In this document: one piece after another, positions 1 through 9,906 of the stretch | How positions within the stretch are numbered: position 1 is the first letter of the stretch | Layout: each line of letters starts with the position of its first letter | Assembly: GCA_033762115.1 (NCBI GenBank) | Contig: JANRLX010000092.1 | Coordinates: 26,870-90,869 of the forward strand | Direction of reading: 5' to 3' | Length of the DNA stretch: 64,000 nucleotides | Source of the DNA: Verrucomicrobiota bacterium | GTDB lineage: Bacteria > Verrucomicrobiota > Verrucomicrobiia > Limisphaerales > SXQI01 | The notes under the pieces: generated by a model | The model's input: only the letters and a program-made list of their open reading frames with translations | Databases searched by the model: none | What the model was told of the DNA's origin: nothing | Position numbers and translations under genes: made by a program

Positions 1-3000
1 GTCCCCGAAATTTTCCGGCATCAATGACGAGTCTGATTCGCGACGTTCCTTGATTAATTTTTTCTGGATTGAAATTTCTTTGCCGGTTGAGTCTGCCAAT
101 ACCAACAACTCTCCCTCCTCGCGCCGAGGCAGGCCCGAGATCACATCTCCATCTTCCAAAATAACAAGATGGGACCGAAAGGCGTGATCAACATTCCGGT
201 TTGGGTCCAGCACATCCTCGATCAAACGTTCAAGCCCACGGTTCCCAATTCCATCAAGTTGTGGTCCAATGAGTGCGCCAGCGCCATCCACCTGGTGGCA
301 GACTGCGCAATTTTTCACGAACAGAGCCTGTCCATTGTTCGAATTTCCCTGGGATTTCTCAAAAGCGATCCGTTTTTCTTCCAGCTTTGAGGCGATCCCT
401 TCATTGGCTGGCGGAAGTTTGTCTGAAAGTGTTGCAATCCGCTGTTTCAATTGTGGACCCGATTGCGTGGCGAGCCGCTCCTTAATCGTGCGTGCACTCA
501 GAAGTCCAACAGGAGCTTCCTTACGCTCGACCATTGCCAGAAAAACTTCAACGCCTTCGGACGAGGCGACAAGATTTTCTGCAACCTTGATTTGAAGTCG
601 TTGCGGTGCCATTTGAAAGACCTGGGTTAAAACAGTTTTGCTCTGACCATTGGTTGCAATGGAATGGACAATCGTCCTTCGAAGGTTTGAGGCCAGCGCA
701 GTTTCCTGAAGCAGCTTTGCCAAAGCGCGTTTTTCATCTGAAGGACTGAACGATACCAATGCCTGGGCAGCGGAGGCCTGGACAATGAACTCATGATCGC
801 CTGCGGTCAGTAAATTTTCGAGGGCGCTTTGATGATTCGTTAAATTCAGCGATTCGGTTATTTGCAAGGCGCTAAGGAGCTTTTCATTCACCTTGTTTGG
901 ATCGGATTGTGGAAGAGCGATGACCGGAGGGTCAAACCGACCGGCTCCTATCCAGGCGTATCCTGAACCCGTATCACCATCAACCAGCTCAAAATGGCAT
1001 TCTCTTCCTGCAAACTCCCGCAAATCCCATGTGACTTTTCGTGCGATATCGTTTCCTGGAGCAGGAGTTTGCTTGAGAACCTGACCGGTTTTTGAATCGA
1101 TCAGACGAACAGAATTGTTGCCGAGCGCAGGTTCTGAAGGTGGACCATCATGCCCTACTACGTAGAATGAAAAAGCAGCTGGCGCAGGGAAGGAACTGGA
1201 ACGAAGAATGCCGGTAAGCTGCTCCCCTCCAGAAGGCAGGCTGGTAATATACAGAGTGGTGGCGCCATCCTCAGCATTCCGTTCCTGCAACACCCAGGGG
1301 TTTGCAGAAAAGGCTTTGGTGGGATTTGGCAAATTGATCCAGGTGGAGCGGCCTGTGGCAGCGCTCAAAAGGCTGCCAGCCAATTCATTGCCCCAGTCTT
1401 TGATTTTTGGGGTCACTTTTAGCCCCCGTTGTGAAAACCCGTCTTGGATCGATTTGAACACTGTTAATTGAACATCGGTTTCATTCCTGGCTTTTTGCCG
1501 TGAAACTTCAGCCAGATCATCCAGCCGATCAACCTCCACATGTCGGGCAATATGCTTCAGACAATTGGCCAGTCGTTCATCCGGTTCATCATACTTTTGG
1601 GTGTGGTCTAATAAAAAAGAGGCTGCGGCAGGTTTGGGAATTGCCAGTGCCACATCTGCCAGCGCCCGGGAATCGTTCTCCGAGATCGCTGCGCTCGCTG
1701 CAAAAGAAACCTTGTCCGTGGCAGCCATTTGATTTCGCAGTGCGATCCGTGTGGCATGCAGCAAATGGGTGTCCGATGGATGAGTTTTCTGGCGTAACTG
1801 AAGTAACGCTGGAATGAACTCTTGACGCGGATGCAGACCTGAAGCTTCCGCCGCGCAACGTTGCACGAGCGGGTCTGCATCCTTGATTCCAGCCTTCAAT
1901 AAATCCGTATGGAAAGGTGTGAGCGTAGCAGTTTCGCCAATAATTCGCATCGCGTGCGCCCGGACGGCTTTGTCCCTGTGGGTGGCTGCCATGGAAAGAT
2001 AAGCATTCTCCATTGCATTCAAACGGTGGAGAATCCAAAGCCCATGAATCAACTGAAACGAACTCGGATTGCTCCTTCCGATCAGCCGCTTCACGGAAGG
2101 AATAGCGGTTGAGCCGATCCGGTCAGTCACTTCATTCATTGCAAGCATTCGTCGAGTCATGAAGGGGCTGTCCAATTCATCCAGACATTGGTCAAGCGTG
2201 GCTGCAGCCAGATTAAAGGGGGGAGCCGCAGGCTTGTTCTTGTAGATGACACGCCAGATACGGCCTCTTTCCCGGTCACGACCGGGATGCTCCAACGGCA
2301 CTTCATAATGGCCGATGATTCTGTTATAAAAATCCGCCACATAAAGGGCTCCGTCCGGGCCCATCTGGATATCCACAGGTCGAAACCAGGGATCGTCAGT
2401 GGTCAGAAAATCTTTTTGTTCATGTGCCACCTTCGTTGAACCCCGTTCTGAAATCGTGTCTCGATTGATCCTGCTGGTCATTACGTTTCCAATCAGGATG
2501 TTATTCTGAAATTCCTGCGGCCAATAGCCATCAAGATAATAAATAATCCCGGCGATCGCTGTTGAACCATGAGTATGCTGAAGCATGGTTGGAGCATACC
2601 CCAGGCCATCATTAGGTTTCCCGAAACTGGGATAGTATCCGCCGCGCAGCAGCTCATAAATAGGTGAGCTGTGGCAATCAGCCGAATACATATTTCCATA
2701 AGGATCAAAACAGAGCCCGAACGGATTCACTTGTCCCCAGGTATGCTGCTCGACCCGCGATCCATCCAGGCGCACACGATAGGTATTTCCTGAATGAATC
2801 GTGATCGTGCTCCCATCACGCGCTTTGATTGTGGACGTGTTGTTGAAACCGTGCGTGGCATACAGCCAGCCATCAAATCCCCGGCGAAAAGAAGCATTGT
2901 TTCCATGAGTGTCTTTTTCCCATCCGAGAGGTCCAAACAGGATTTCCTTCTTGTCGGCTTTTCCATCTCCATCAGTGTCCTGAAAAAACCAGATGTTGGG

Positions 3001-3417
3001 AATGCTCCAGGCAATGACCCCATTTTTATACGGATAAAGTCCAATGGGTATATTCAAACCTTCCGCAAAGGTGGTGATTTTTCGCGCCCTGCCATTTGCA
3101 TCAAAATCCTCAAAAATTTTTATTGTATCCCGGCCCGGTTTATCCAGGGGGGCAGGATAAGGATACTCCCGTGATTCGCTCACCCAAAGCCGTCCACGGC
3201 TGTCGAAAGCCATGTTCATTGGCTTTCGGATATGCGGTTCAGAGGTGACAAGCTGAACCTCGAAACCATCAGGAACATGAAAGGTTTTTTGCTGCGCTTC
3301 AGGAGTCAATGGTTCACTGGTCCGCACGTTCTCGGCAAAAGGATCAGCACCATACACGCAGAATAGCGCGCACAGGGAGAAAAGCAGCGAGACAGAAATA
3401 AATGGCATGGCTGACAT
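1..3417 (-). CDS. PVC-type heme-binding (CxxCH) membrane-bound dehydrogenase-like protein; 3' end runs off the window
   Basis: Absent from the ORF track because there is no stop in the window. Manual translation gives signal peptide MSAMPFISVSLLFSLCALFCVYGA, then beta-propeller motifs FHVPDGFEVQLVTSEP, KPMNMAFDSRGRLWV and DTDGDGKAD. A heme motif CAVCHQVDG..IGPQLDGIG near 309-250 is in the same frame. Confidence 0.88.
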   Translation of the reverse strand, partial: MSAMPFISVSLLFSLCALFCVYGADPFAENVRTSEPLTPEAQQKTFHVPDGFEVQLVTSEPHIRKPMNMAFDSRGRLWVSESREYPYPAPLDKPGRDTIKIFEDFDANGRARKITTFAEGLNIPIGLYPYKNGVIAWSIPNIWFFQDTDGDGKADKKEILFGPLGWEKDTHGNNASFRRGFDGWLYATHGFNNTSTIKARDGSTITIHSGNTYRVRLDGSRVEQHTWGQVNPFGLCFDPYGNMYSADCHSSPIYELLRGGYYPSFGKPNDGLGYAPTMLQHTHGSTAIAGIIYYLDGYWPQEFQNNILIGNVMTSRINRDTISERGSTKVAHEQKDFLTTDDPWFRPVDIQMGPDGALYVADFYNRIIGHYEVPLEHPGRDRERGRIWRVIYKNKPAAPPFNLAAATLDQCLDELDSPFMTRRMLAMNEVTDRIGSTAIPSVKRLIGRSNPSSFQLIHGLWILHRLNAMENAYLSMAATHRDKAVRAHAMRIIGETATLTPFHTDLLKAGIKDADPLVQRCAAEASGLHPRQEFIPALLQLRQKTHPSDTHLLHATRIALRNQMAATDKVSFAASAAISENDSRALADVALAIPKPAAASFLLDHTQKYDEPDERLANCLKHIARHVEVDRLDDLAEVSRQKARNETDVQLTVFKSIQDGFSQRGLKVTPKIKDWGNELAGSLLSAATGRSTWINLPNPTKAFSANPWVLQERNAEDGATTLYITSLPSGGEQLTGILRSSSFPAPAAFSFYVVGHDGPPSEPALGNNSVRLIDSKTGQVLKQTPAPGNDIARKVTWDLREFAGRECHFELVDGDTGSGYAWIGAGRFDPPVIALPQSDPNKVNEKLLSALQITESLNLTNHQSALENLLTAGDHEFIVQASAAQALVSFSPSDEKRALAKLLQETALASNLRRTIVHSIATNGQSKTVLTQVFQMAPQRLQIKVAENLVASSEGVEVFLAMVERKEAPVGLLSARTIKERLATQSGPQLKQRIATLSDKLPPANEGIASKLEEKRIAFEKSQGNSNNGQALFVKNCAVCHQVDGAGALIGPQLDGIGNRGLERLIEDVLDPNRNVDHAFRSHLVILEDGDVISGLPRREEGELLVLADSTGKEISIQKKLIKERRESDSSLMPENFGD

Positions 3418-3472
3418 TCCGACGATTGTATCGGAATGAACATTCATGGGAAAGCTCGTTGCGTGAAGCCAC

Positions 3473-3503
3473 AAAAAAGGGGAAGGCATCGCTGCCTTCC
3501 CCT
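3473..3503 (-). terminator. Rho-independent terminator after the dehydrogenase gene
   Basis: Perfect stem AGGGGAAGGCA/TGCCTTCCCCT with a 4-nt loop; the A-run at 3473-3478 is the U-tract on the minus strand. Confidence 0.85.
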
Positions 3504-3533
3504 GGATGATGGGAGAAAAATAAGAGACTCTCT

Positions 3534-4709
3534 TCAGAGTTGCGGTTTCAGGACAATTTTAATGCATTCATCCTGCTTATGCTTGAACAATTCATATCCT
3601 TTGGGTGCATCTTCCAGGCTCATGGTGTGCGTAATGACAAAGCTTGGATCAATTTCGCCTTTCTGGATTTTTTCAAGCAACAGTCCCATGTACTTCTGCA
3701 CATGAGTTTGCCCTGTTTTGATCGTGAGTGCCTTGTTCATTAATGCACCAAGCGGAATTTTATCAACCAGCCCACCATAGACCCCTGGAACGGAAATCGT
3801 TCCTCCATTCCGGCAGGCCATGATTGCTTCCCGGAACGCAATCGGCCGATCTGTTTCAAGCATCATCGCTTGTTTGGCTCGATCATATGCATACTCCAGT
3901 GGAGCGCCATGTGCTTCCATTCCCACTGCTTCAATGCACGAATCAGGGCCCCGACCTCCTGTCATCTCCATTAACCCCTCATAAGTATCCAGATCATCGT
4001 AATTAATAATTTCCGCCCCACCTTGTTCCTGGGCCATTCGCAATCGCTCCGGCACCCGGTCAATGGCGATTACCCGTTCCGCACCGAGAAGAAAGGCGCT
4101 TTTGATCGCAAACTGCCCCACAGGCCCGCAACCCCAGACTGCGACAGTATCCCCTGGCTTGATGTTGCAATTTTCCGCAGCCATGTAGCCGGTGGGGAAA
4201 ATGTCCGAAAGGAAGAGCACCTGCTCGTCTCGCAGATTATCAGGGATTTTAACGTGATCCACGTCCGCAAAGGGAACGCGTGCATACTCTGCTTGTCCTC
4301 CCGCATATCCCCCGGTCAAGTGGGAGTAGCCATAAATACCGCAAGGTGAATGTCCCCACATCTGCTGTGCCATCAGCGCATTTGGATTTGAATTTTCACA
4401 AAGTGAAAACATCCCCTCCGTGCAGAAATGACAGCTTCCGCAGGAGATCGGGAAAGGGACTACAATCCGGTCACCCACTTTCAAATTCTTCACTCCGCTG
4501 CCCACCTCCACTACTTCTCCCATGAACTCATGACCCACGATATCTCCCTTTTCCATCGTGGGGACAAAACCGTTGTAAAGGTGGAGATCCGACCCACAAA
4601 TCGCGGTTGAGGTGATTCTAACGATGGCATCGCGCGGATTTAAAATTTTTGGGTCGGGCACTTCCACGACCTGCATCTGGTTTTTACCGAACCAACAATT
4701 CGCCTTCAT
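3534..4709 (-). CDS. Zinc-dependent alcohol dehydrogenase (glutathione-dependent formaldehyde dehydrogenase-like)
   Basis: ICGSDLH, GHEFMG, structural Zn motif [16 protein letters not shown] and GCGPVG. Confidence 0.92.
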   Translation of the reverse strand: MKANCWFGKNQMQVVEVPDPKILNPRDAIVRITSTAICGSDLHLYNGFVPTMEKGDIVGHEFMGEVVEVGSGVKNLKVGDRIVVPFPISCGSCHFCTEGMFSLCENSNPNALMAQQMWGHSPCGIYGYSHLTGGYAGGQAEYARVPFADVDHVKIPDNLRDEQVLFLSDIFPTGYMAAENCNIKPGDTVAVWGCGPVGQFAIKSAFLLGAERVIAIDRVPERLRMAQEQGGAEIINYDDLDTYEGLMEMTGGRGPDSCIEAVGMEAHGAPLEYAYDRAKQAMMLETDRPIAFREAIMACRNGGTISVPGVYGGLVDKIPLGALMNKALTIKTGQTHVQKYMGLLLEKIQKGEIDPSFVITHTMSLEDAPKGYELFKHKQDECIKIVLKPQL

Positions 4710-4739
4710 CTGTTTTTCCCTTGAGTTTGATGTTAATTT

Positions 4740-5636
4740 TTAAGCCCGGAGTAGATCATCGAATTTTGCCGAGGTACTTTTGCGACGACCGGAGGATTGT
4801 CCTTCAGTTTTGGCAATCTCACCGGTTTCCATAAGTTGCTTGAACCTGATCAGATCGACCGGGATTTGCTTCTCCGGTGCCTGTCCCATGACCTTGGCCA
4901 CCTTGGCTCCCACCACACCTCCCGGAGGGTTGTAGCTCAACTGCACTCGTACCACCGTACCTCTCCCCCCGGTCGCAGTTTCGAAACGGACAGAACCTGA
5001 GTTGTCCACATCCGCGCCTTCCAATGAACGCCATGCAATGAGTTTGTTCGGCACATCCTGGGTCACTTCGGCATCCCATTCCACATCATGTCCCATCGGT
5101 CCCTTCGCCACCCAATGTGACCGCTTGTCATTGGTCGCGGTGACCGATTTCAAGTGCCCCATGACCCGTGGCAGGTTTTCAAAATTTCGCCAAAACCGGT
5201 AAAGTTCTTCTGCGGGTCGATTGATTGTGATGACCTTGTGCAACGGAATCTTTCCCTGTTCTCCTTTGGCTTTCTTTTCCGGATATCTTCGGCTCAGTTG
5301 CTTGCCGCAAAGAAGATCAACAGCTGCGACTCCGGCAACGGTGGCGGTTGCAATCGCCAGCCGCGAACGCTGGGCATGACTGGATCCAAACGCCATTCCC
5401 AACATGCCAAGATCCATAATATCCCCAATGACACGGGACCAAACCCAGGTGGTCGGCTTCTTTTGCGTGAGAATGCCTATTCCACTGGTGATTTCCCGAA
5501 GTCCCATCACTCGAAGAACCCCTGGGTGCGGCTTGACCCCGATCGTCTTTGAAATTCTTCGTGGTGTTAAAAGTTCTGCCAGGCCAAGGCCGATGCTGAA
5601 CCATCCCAAGGTGCGTGCGAGTTGTAATTCTTTCAT
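4740..5636 (-). CDS. SRPBCC (cyclase/dehydrase-like) family protein with an N-terminal membrane region
   Basis: LGWFSIGLGLAEL N-terminus; ITINRPAEELYRFWRNFENLPRVM and DLIRFKQLMETGEI. Start placed at ATG 5636 behind AAAGGAG. Confidence 0.88.
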   Translation of the reverse strand: MKELQLARTLGWFSIGLGLAELLTPRRISKTIGVKPHPGVLRVMGLREITSGIGILTQKKPTTWVWSRVIGDIMDLGMLGMAFGSSHAQRSRLAIATATVAGVAAVDLLCGKQLSRRYPEKKAKGEQGKIPLHKVITINRPAEELYRFWRNFENLPRVMGHLKSVTATNDKRSHWVAKGPMGHDVEWDAEVTQDVPNKLIAWRSLEGADVDNSGSVRFETATGGRGTVVRVQLSYNPPGGVVGAKVAKVMGQAPEKQIPVDLIRFKQLMETGEIAKTEGQSSGRRKSTSAKFDDLLRA

Positions 5637-5868
5637 AATGCTCCTTTCTGACATTCGCACAAGATCGGCTCCTGATAATGGGTAAAACCGCTGAATTTTT
5701 AAAAGTCATTCACCCCTGCTAATATCAGGAAAAATATCGGCTGGGTTTATCGGGGTGAAACGACTGCCTGAAGTTCAATCACGAGAAAACGGCAAAAGAC
5801 ATTCCTGCGGCAGCGGGCAAGTAGGTTAAACTGAATCAGGCATCCGTACTTTTCGTTAAAATCAATGC

Positions 5869-5896
5869 TTGATGTCAGCTGCCGTCCAGGTAACCT
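5869..5896 (+). promoter_or_regulatory. Candidate sigma70 promoter of the RRM gene
   Basis: TTGATG-16 nt-TAACCT. Confidence 0.4.
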
Positions 5897-6017
5897 CCTT
5901 CTCCAGTAGATAGTGGCCAACTAGAATTGTTAAACCTTCGTCATAGATAAGATTCTTCCCCTTCGGGAACAGCAGATCCAGTGAGGCAATTGTCTAAATC
6001 CAAACACACACAACCAG

Positions 6018-6392
6018 ATGAGTACCAAATTATTCGTAGGAAATCTGTCATTTAATACGACAGAAAATGAACTTCAGGACCTTTTTGCCGCGTACGGTGC
6101 AGTCACCGCGGTGGACCTGATCGTTGATCGCATGACCGGACGCCCTCGTGGTTTCGGCTTCGTGACAATGGAGGCCAAAGAGGATGCAGACAAGGCAGTG
6201 GAAGCATTGCATGGCAGAAATCTCGGCGGGCGCGACATCACTGTAAATGAGGCTCGTCCTCGCGAAGAACGTTCCGGTGGTGGCGGGTACCGGGGGGGCA
6301 ACGGCGGTGGCGGTTATCGTGGTGGCGGAGGTGGGGGCGGGGGACGTGACCGTGATCGCGACCGTGGTCCTCGCCGTGAACAACAATACTGA
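6018..6392 (+). CDS. RRM (RNP-1) RNA-binding protein with a Gly/Arg-rich tail
   Basis: RNP2 KLFVGNL, RNP1 RGFGFVTM, ITVNEARPREER, and GGGYRGG/RDRDR tail. Confidence 0.95.
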   Translation: MSTKLFVGNLSFNTTENELQDLFAAYGAVTAVDLIVDRMTGRPRGFGFVTMEAKEDADKAVEALHGRNLGGRDITVNEARPREERSGGGGYRGGNGGGGYRGGGGGGGGRDRDRDRGPRREQQY

Positions 6393-6419
6393 TAAGATTT
6401 TTCATCAATTTTGAAATCC

Positions 6420-6453
6420 AACGCAGCTCAACCTGAGCTGCGTTTTTGCTTTT
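6420..6453 (+). terminator. Rho-independent terminator
   Basis: AACGCAGCTCA-ACC-TGAGCTGCGTT followed by TTTGCTTTT. Confidence 0.85.
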
Positions 6454-6479
6454 AGCTTTCTCCCCTTATCTGGTGGGAT

Positions 6480-7865
6480 ATGGCGATGGAAATTTGCATT
6501 CTGGCTGGCGGTCGGAGCTCCCGGATGGGGCGGAGCAAAGGCAGTCTGCGCCTGGCGGGTAAAACATTACTGCAAAAAACAATCCAGATTGCCAGGGAAG
6601 CAGGGTTGCCAACCCGGGTCATCCGGCGTGACCTGGTGCCTGAATGCGGACCTGTGGGAGGGGTTTTCACGGCGCTGAAGCAGAGTCAGTTCGAGGCCAT
6701 TCTTTTCCTGCCCTGCGACATGCCGTTTTTATCGGCAGAATTGTTAACCCAGGTTATTTCAGAAGCGAGAGCGCAGCAAAAACCCATTTTTGTAAACGGA
6801 GATCAAGGGGCTGGATTTCCTTTCGTAATCTGGAAGAAGGATTTGCCACTGGTAAAGGCATCGATTGAGCAGGGAAAATTTGCATTACAGCACCTGGCTA
6901 AAACAGTTTCGGCAGGAGTATTCAGAAGGGCTGATCCGAATGAATTAACCAATGTCAATACGCCGAAGGATTTCGCAGAGGCAGGTAAACGCCAAATGCA
7001 AATCGATCAATTGAGAGATGAAACCATTCTTTCAATCAAGAACCTGACGATTATTCGCGGAAAATCGCGGATTTTGGATGGCATCACCTGGAATATTCGC
7101 CAGGGTGAGCATTGGGTAATCCTTGGCGCCAATGGTTCAGGAAAAACTTCACTTCTCAATTCCCTGGTGGGTTACCTCACCCCCACTAAAGGCACCGTGA
7201 ATCTTTTGGGCCGGCAATTTGGTAGTACAGACTGGCGTGAATTGCGCCGCCACATCGGAATGGTCAGTTCCAGCCTGCGACAGATGATGACTGATTCCGA
7301 GCCCGCTTTGGACACCGTGGTGAGTGGAAAATATGCCATGATTGATTTCTGGGGAAAACCATCAGCCTCGGACCGCAAGGAAGGCGTTAAGATTTTGAAG
7401 CAATTGGAGTGTGAACACCTGGCGGAACGCCCATGGATTTACCTTTCTCAAGGGGAACGTCAACGCATCCTCATCGGAAGGGCATTGATGGCGAAACCGC
7501 GCATATTAATTCTGGATGAGCCTTGTGCCGGGTTGGATCCCGCTGCGAGAGAACGGTTTTTACAATTTTTGCAAAACCTTGGCAGGCTTGAGAATGCCCC
7601 TGCCTTAATCTTTGTTACCCATCATGTGGAGGAGATCATGCCGCTGTTTACGCATGTGCTTCTGCTAAAGGCGGGCAAGGTCCTTTTGGCGGGGAAAAAG
7701 GACACATTGAATGGCAGGGCAGTTTCCGAGCTGTTTTCTGCGCCTGCGCTCCTGCGTAAATCAGGAGAACGTTTTGAGCTTGGGATCAAGGTGGATAAGC
7801 CAATGGCAGAGCCGAAGGTGGCGATTGCAAAAAATAGTGCTCAAACCAGGATGAAAAACCGTTGA
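6480..7865 (+). CDS. Fusion of a molybdenum cofactor guanylyltransferase (MobA-like) and a ModF/YlmA-like ABC ATPase
   Basis: N-terminal half has ILAGGRSSRMG..K, GPVGG, PCDMPFL and NVNTP. C-terminal half has Walker A GANGSGKT, LSQGERQR, Walker B LILDEP and VTHH. Confidence 0.85.
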   Translation: MAMEICILAGGRSSRMGRSKGSLRLAGKTLLQKTIQIAREAGLPTRVIRRDLVPECGPVGGVFTALKQSQFEAILFLPCDMPFLSAELLTQVISEARAQQKPIFVNGDQGAGFPFVIWKKDLPLVKASIEQGKFALQHLAKTVSAGVFRRADPNELTNVNTPKDFAEAGKRQMQIDQLRDETILSIKNLTIIRGKSRILDGITWNIRQGEHWVILGANGSGKTSLLNSLVGYLTPTKGTVNLLGRQFGSTDWRELRRHIGMVSSSLRQMMTDSEPALDTVVSGKYAMIDFWGKPSASDRKEGVKILKQLECEHLAERPWIYLSQGERQRILIGRALMAKPRILILDEPCAGLDPAARERFLQFLQNLGRLENAPALIFVTHHVEEIMPLFTHVLLLKAGKVLLAGKKDTLNGRAVSELFSAPALLRKSGERFELGIKVDKPMAEPKVAIAKNSAQTRMKNR

Positions 7866-7889
7866 CACCCGATTGCGCGGTTCTATATT
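7862..7889 (+). promoter_or_regulatory. sigma70 promoter for tRNA-Thr/tuf
   Basis: TTGACA-16 nt-TATATT, overlapping the stop codon of the upstream gene. Confidence 0.7.
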
Positions 7890-8011
7890 CAGCGACAGTT
7901 AGCGGGTCGGAAAACAAAAAAGCACCTCCAATCCCCGATTGACCAAGTGGCGGGATTGAAGGGATTTTTGTCGTTTTCTACGGGTGCCAGCGGTTTGGAA
8001 AGAGACTTTCA

Positions 8012-8087
8012 GCCCATGTAGCTCAGTTGGCAGAGCACGTCCTTGGTAAGGACGAGGTCATCAGTTCAAACCTGATCATGGGCTCCA
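8012..8087 (+). tRNA. tRNA-Thr(GGT)
   Basis: Acceptor stem GCCCATG/CATGGGC, anticodon loop TTGGTAA, T-loop GTTCAAA, encoded CCA; canonical position before tuf. Confidence 0.97.
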
Positions 8088-8134
8088 GATTTGGCGCAGC
8101 TACGATTTAAAACAGAAAATAACATAACCAGCAA

Positions 8135-9325
8135 ATGGCTAAAGAATCGTTTCAACGAAATAAACCCCACGTGAATGTCGGCACGATCGGGCACGTGGAC
8201 CATGGTAAATCAACCCTGACTGCCTCCATCGTGGCTGTGCAGTCTCGCAAAGGGATGGCAACTCCGATTTCCTACGCGGACATCACCAAGGGCGGCACAG
8301 TCCGTGACGCTACCAAAACGGTGACCATTGCAGTCTCCCACGTTGAATATGAAAGCAACCAGCGCCATTACGCTCACGTTGACTGCCCTGGCCACGCCGA
8401 TTACGTCAAGAACATGATCACTGGCGCTGCCCAGATGGACGGTGCGATTCTGGTGGTCAGCGCAGCTGACGGCCCAATGCCTCAGACCCGTGAGCATATC
8501 CTCCTCGCTCGTCAGGTCGGTGTTCCCGCTGTTGTTGTTTTCCTTAATAAAGTCGATCTCGTTGATGATCCTGAATTGCTGGACCTGGTCGAAATGGAAA
8601 TCCGTGACCTGCTCAGCAAATATCAATTCCCTGGCGACACCACTCCAGTGGTGCGTGGCAGTGCCACCGCTGCCATGGAAGGAAAACCTGAAGGTGAAAA
8701 AGCCATTCAGGACCTGATGGACGCGATTGATTCGCATATCCCGCTTCCAACCCGCGAAGTCGACAAACCGTTCCTTATGTGCATTGAGGACGTGTTCAAC
8801 ATTGAAGGTCGTGGCACTGTCGTGACCGGTCGCGTGGAACGCGGTGAATTGAACAAAATGTCTGACGTGGAAATCGTGGGGTTGAAAGACACCCGCAAAA
8901 CCGTGGCGACCGACATTGAAATGTTCCGCAAGCTTCTCGATAAAGCGAGCGCTGGCGATAACGTCGGTGTGCTGCTGCGCGGCACCAAGAAGGAAGAAGT
9001 GGAACGCGGCATGGTTCTCGCCAAGCCAGGCTCCATCAAGCCTTATACCAAGTTCAAAGCCGAAGTTTACGTGCTTTCAAAGGAAGAAGGTGGCCGTCAT
9101 ACCCCATTCTTTAACAAATACCGCCCGCAATTCTATTTCCGAACCTCGGACGTGACAGGAAATGTCACCTTGCCTGCCGGCGTGGAAATGGTCATGCCTG
9201 GTGATAACGTATCAGTGGAAATCGAACTCATTGCCCCTGTGGCGATGGAACAAGGACAACGCTTTGCGATCCGCGAAGGTGGTCGGACCATCGGTGCCGG
9301 TCGTGTAAGCGATATCGTCGCATAA
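8135..9325 (+). CDS. tuf: Elongation factor Tu
   Basis: [31 protein letters not shown] and [13 protein letters not shown]. Confidence 0.99.
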   Translation: MAKESFQRNKPHVNVGTIGHVDHGKSTLTASIVAVQSRKGMATPISYADITKGGTVRDATKTVTIAVSHVEYESNQRHYAHVDCPGHADYVKNMITGAAQMDGAILVVSAADGPMPQTREHILLARQVGVPAVVVFLNKVDLVDDPELLDLVEMEIRDLLSKYQFPGDTTPVVRGSATAAMEGKPEGEKAIQDLMDAIDSHIPLPTREVDKPFLMCIEDVFNIEGRGTVVTGRVERGELNKMSDVEIVGLKDTRKTVATDIEMFRKLLDKASAGDNVGVLLRGTKKEEVERGMVLAKPGSIKPYTKFKAEVYVLSKEEGGRHTPFFNKYRPQFYFRTSDVTGNVTLPAGVEMVMPGDNVSVEIELIAPVAMEQGQRFAIREGGRTIGAGRVSDIVA

Positions 9326-9343
9326 TTTAAACTTGACTTCATA

Positions 9344-9377
9344 GGAGAGCGGGGAATATTCCCCGCCTCCGTTTTTT
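9344..9377 (+). terminator. Terminator after tuf
   Basis: GGAG(A)GCGGGGAA-TA-TTCCCCGCCTCC followed by GTTTTTT. Confidence 0.8.
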
Positions 9378-9438
9378 CGTCTCATTATAAAGTGGAGAAA
9401 GGTGAGACGGGTAGTGGGATAGACAATGGCAGCGGTTT

Positions 9439-9514
9439 AGGGCGGTAGCTCAATTGGTAGAGTAGCGGTCTCCAAAACCGTCGGTTGGGGGTTCGAGTCC
9501 CTCCCGCCCTGCCA
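9439..9514 (+). tRNA. tRNA-Trp(CCA)
   Basis: Acceptor stem AGGGCGG/CCGCCCT, anticodon loop CTCCAAA, GTTCGAG, CCA end. Confidence 0.96.
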
Positions 9515-9530
9515 GCCAAAACAGCGAGCC

Positions 9531-9619
9531 GGAGGGGTGGCAGAGTGGTCTATCGCGGCGGTCTTGAAAACCGCTAAGGCTAAACACCTTCGGGGGTTCG
9601 AATCCCTCCCCCTCCGCCA
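9531..9619 (+). tRNA. tRNA-Ser(TGA)
   Basis: Acceptor stem GGAGGGG/CCCCTCC, anticodon loop CTTGAAA, long variable arm AAGG..CCTT, G discriminator and CCA; 89 nt. Confidence 0.95.
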
Positions 9620-9624
9620 ATGAT

Positions 9625-9885
9625 ATGAATGATTTTGTAAAACTGGGAATATGGGGAGTCGTCATCGGGATCGTTTTCGCGCTTCTTTGGAAGCAGGGAT
9701 ATCTGGTCCGGATTCGCAACTATTTTGCGGAGACGCAGGAAGAGCTTAAAAAATGCTCATGGCCCTCCCGCCAGGAATTGACCGGCTCCACGGTGCTGGT
9801 CATGGTGACGATTGCTTTGCTCGGGGTTTTTACCGTCGGGATTGATTTTATTTTGACGAGCGTGATGCGTCTGATCACCTCGTAA
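9625..9885 (+). CDS. secE: Preprotein translocase subunit SecE
   Basis: ELKKCSWPSRQEL motif, TM helices, position before nusG. Confidence 0.95.
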   Translation: MNDFVKLGIWGVVIGIVFALLWKQGYLVRIRNYFAETQEELKKCSWPSRQELTGSTVLVMVTIALLGVFTVGIDFILTSVMRLITS

Positions 9886-9906
9886 GCGGTCGAACAATTA
9901 TATCTC

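Noticed and set aside
169..3174. Short ORFs suggesting a fragmented or non-coding first 3.4 kb
   Set aside because: The region is explained by one minus-strand gene that runs off the window; its start and heme motif are in the same frame.
9531..9619. Long-arm tRNA as a possible tRNA-Sec or suppressor
   Set aside because: The anticodon is UGA (reads UCA, Ser), not UCA; the acceptor stem is a normal 7 bp.
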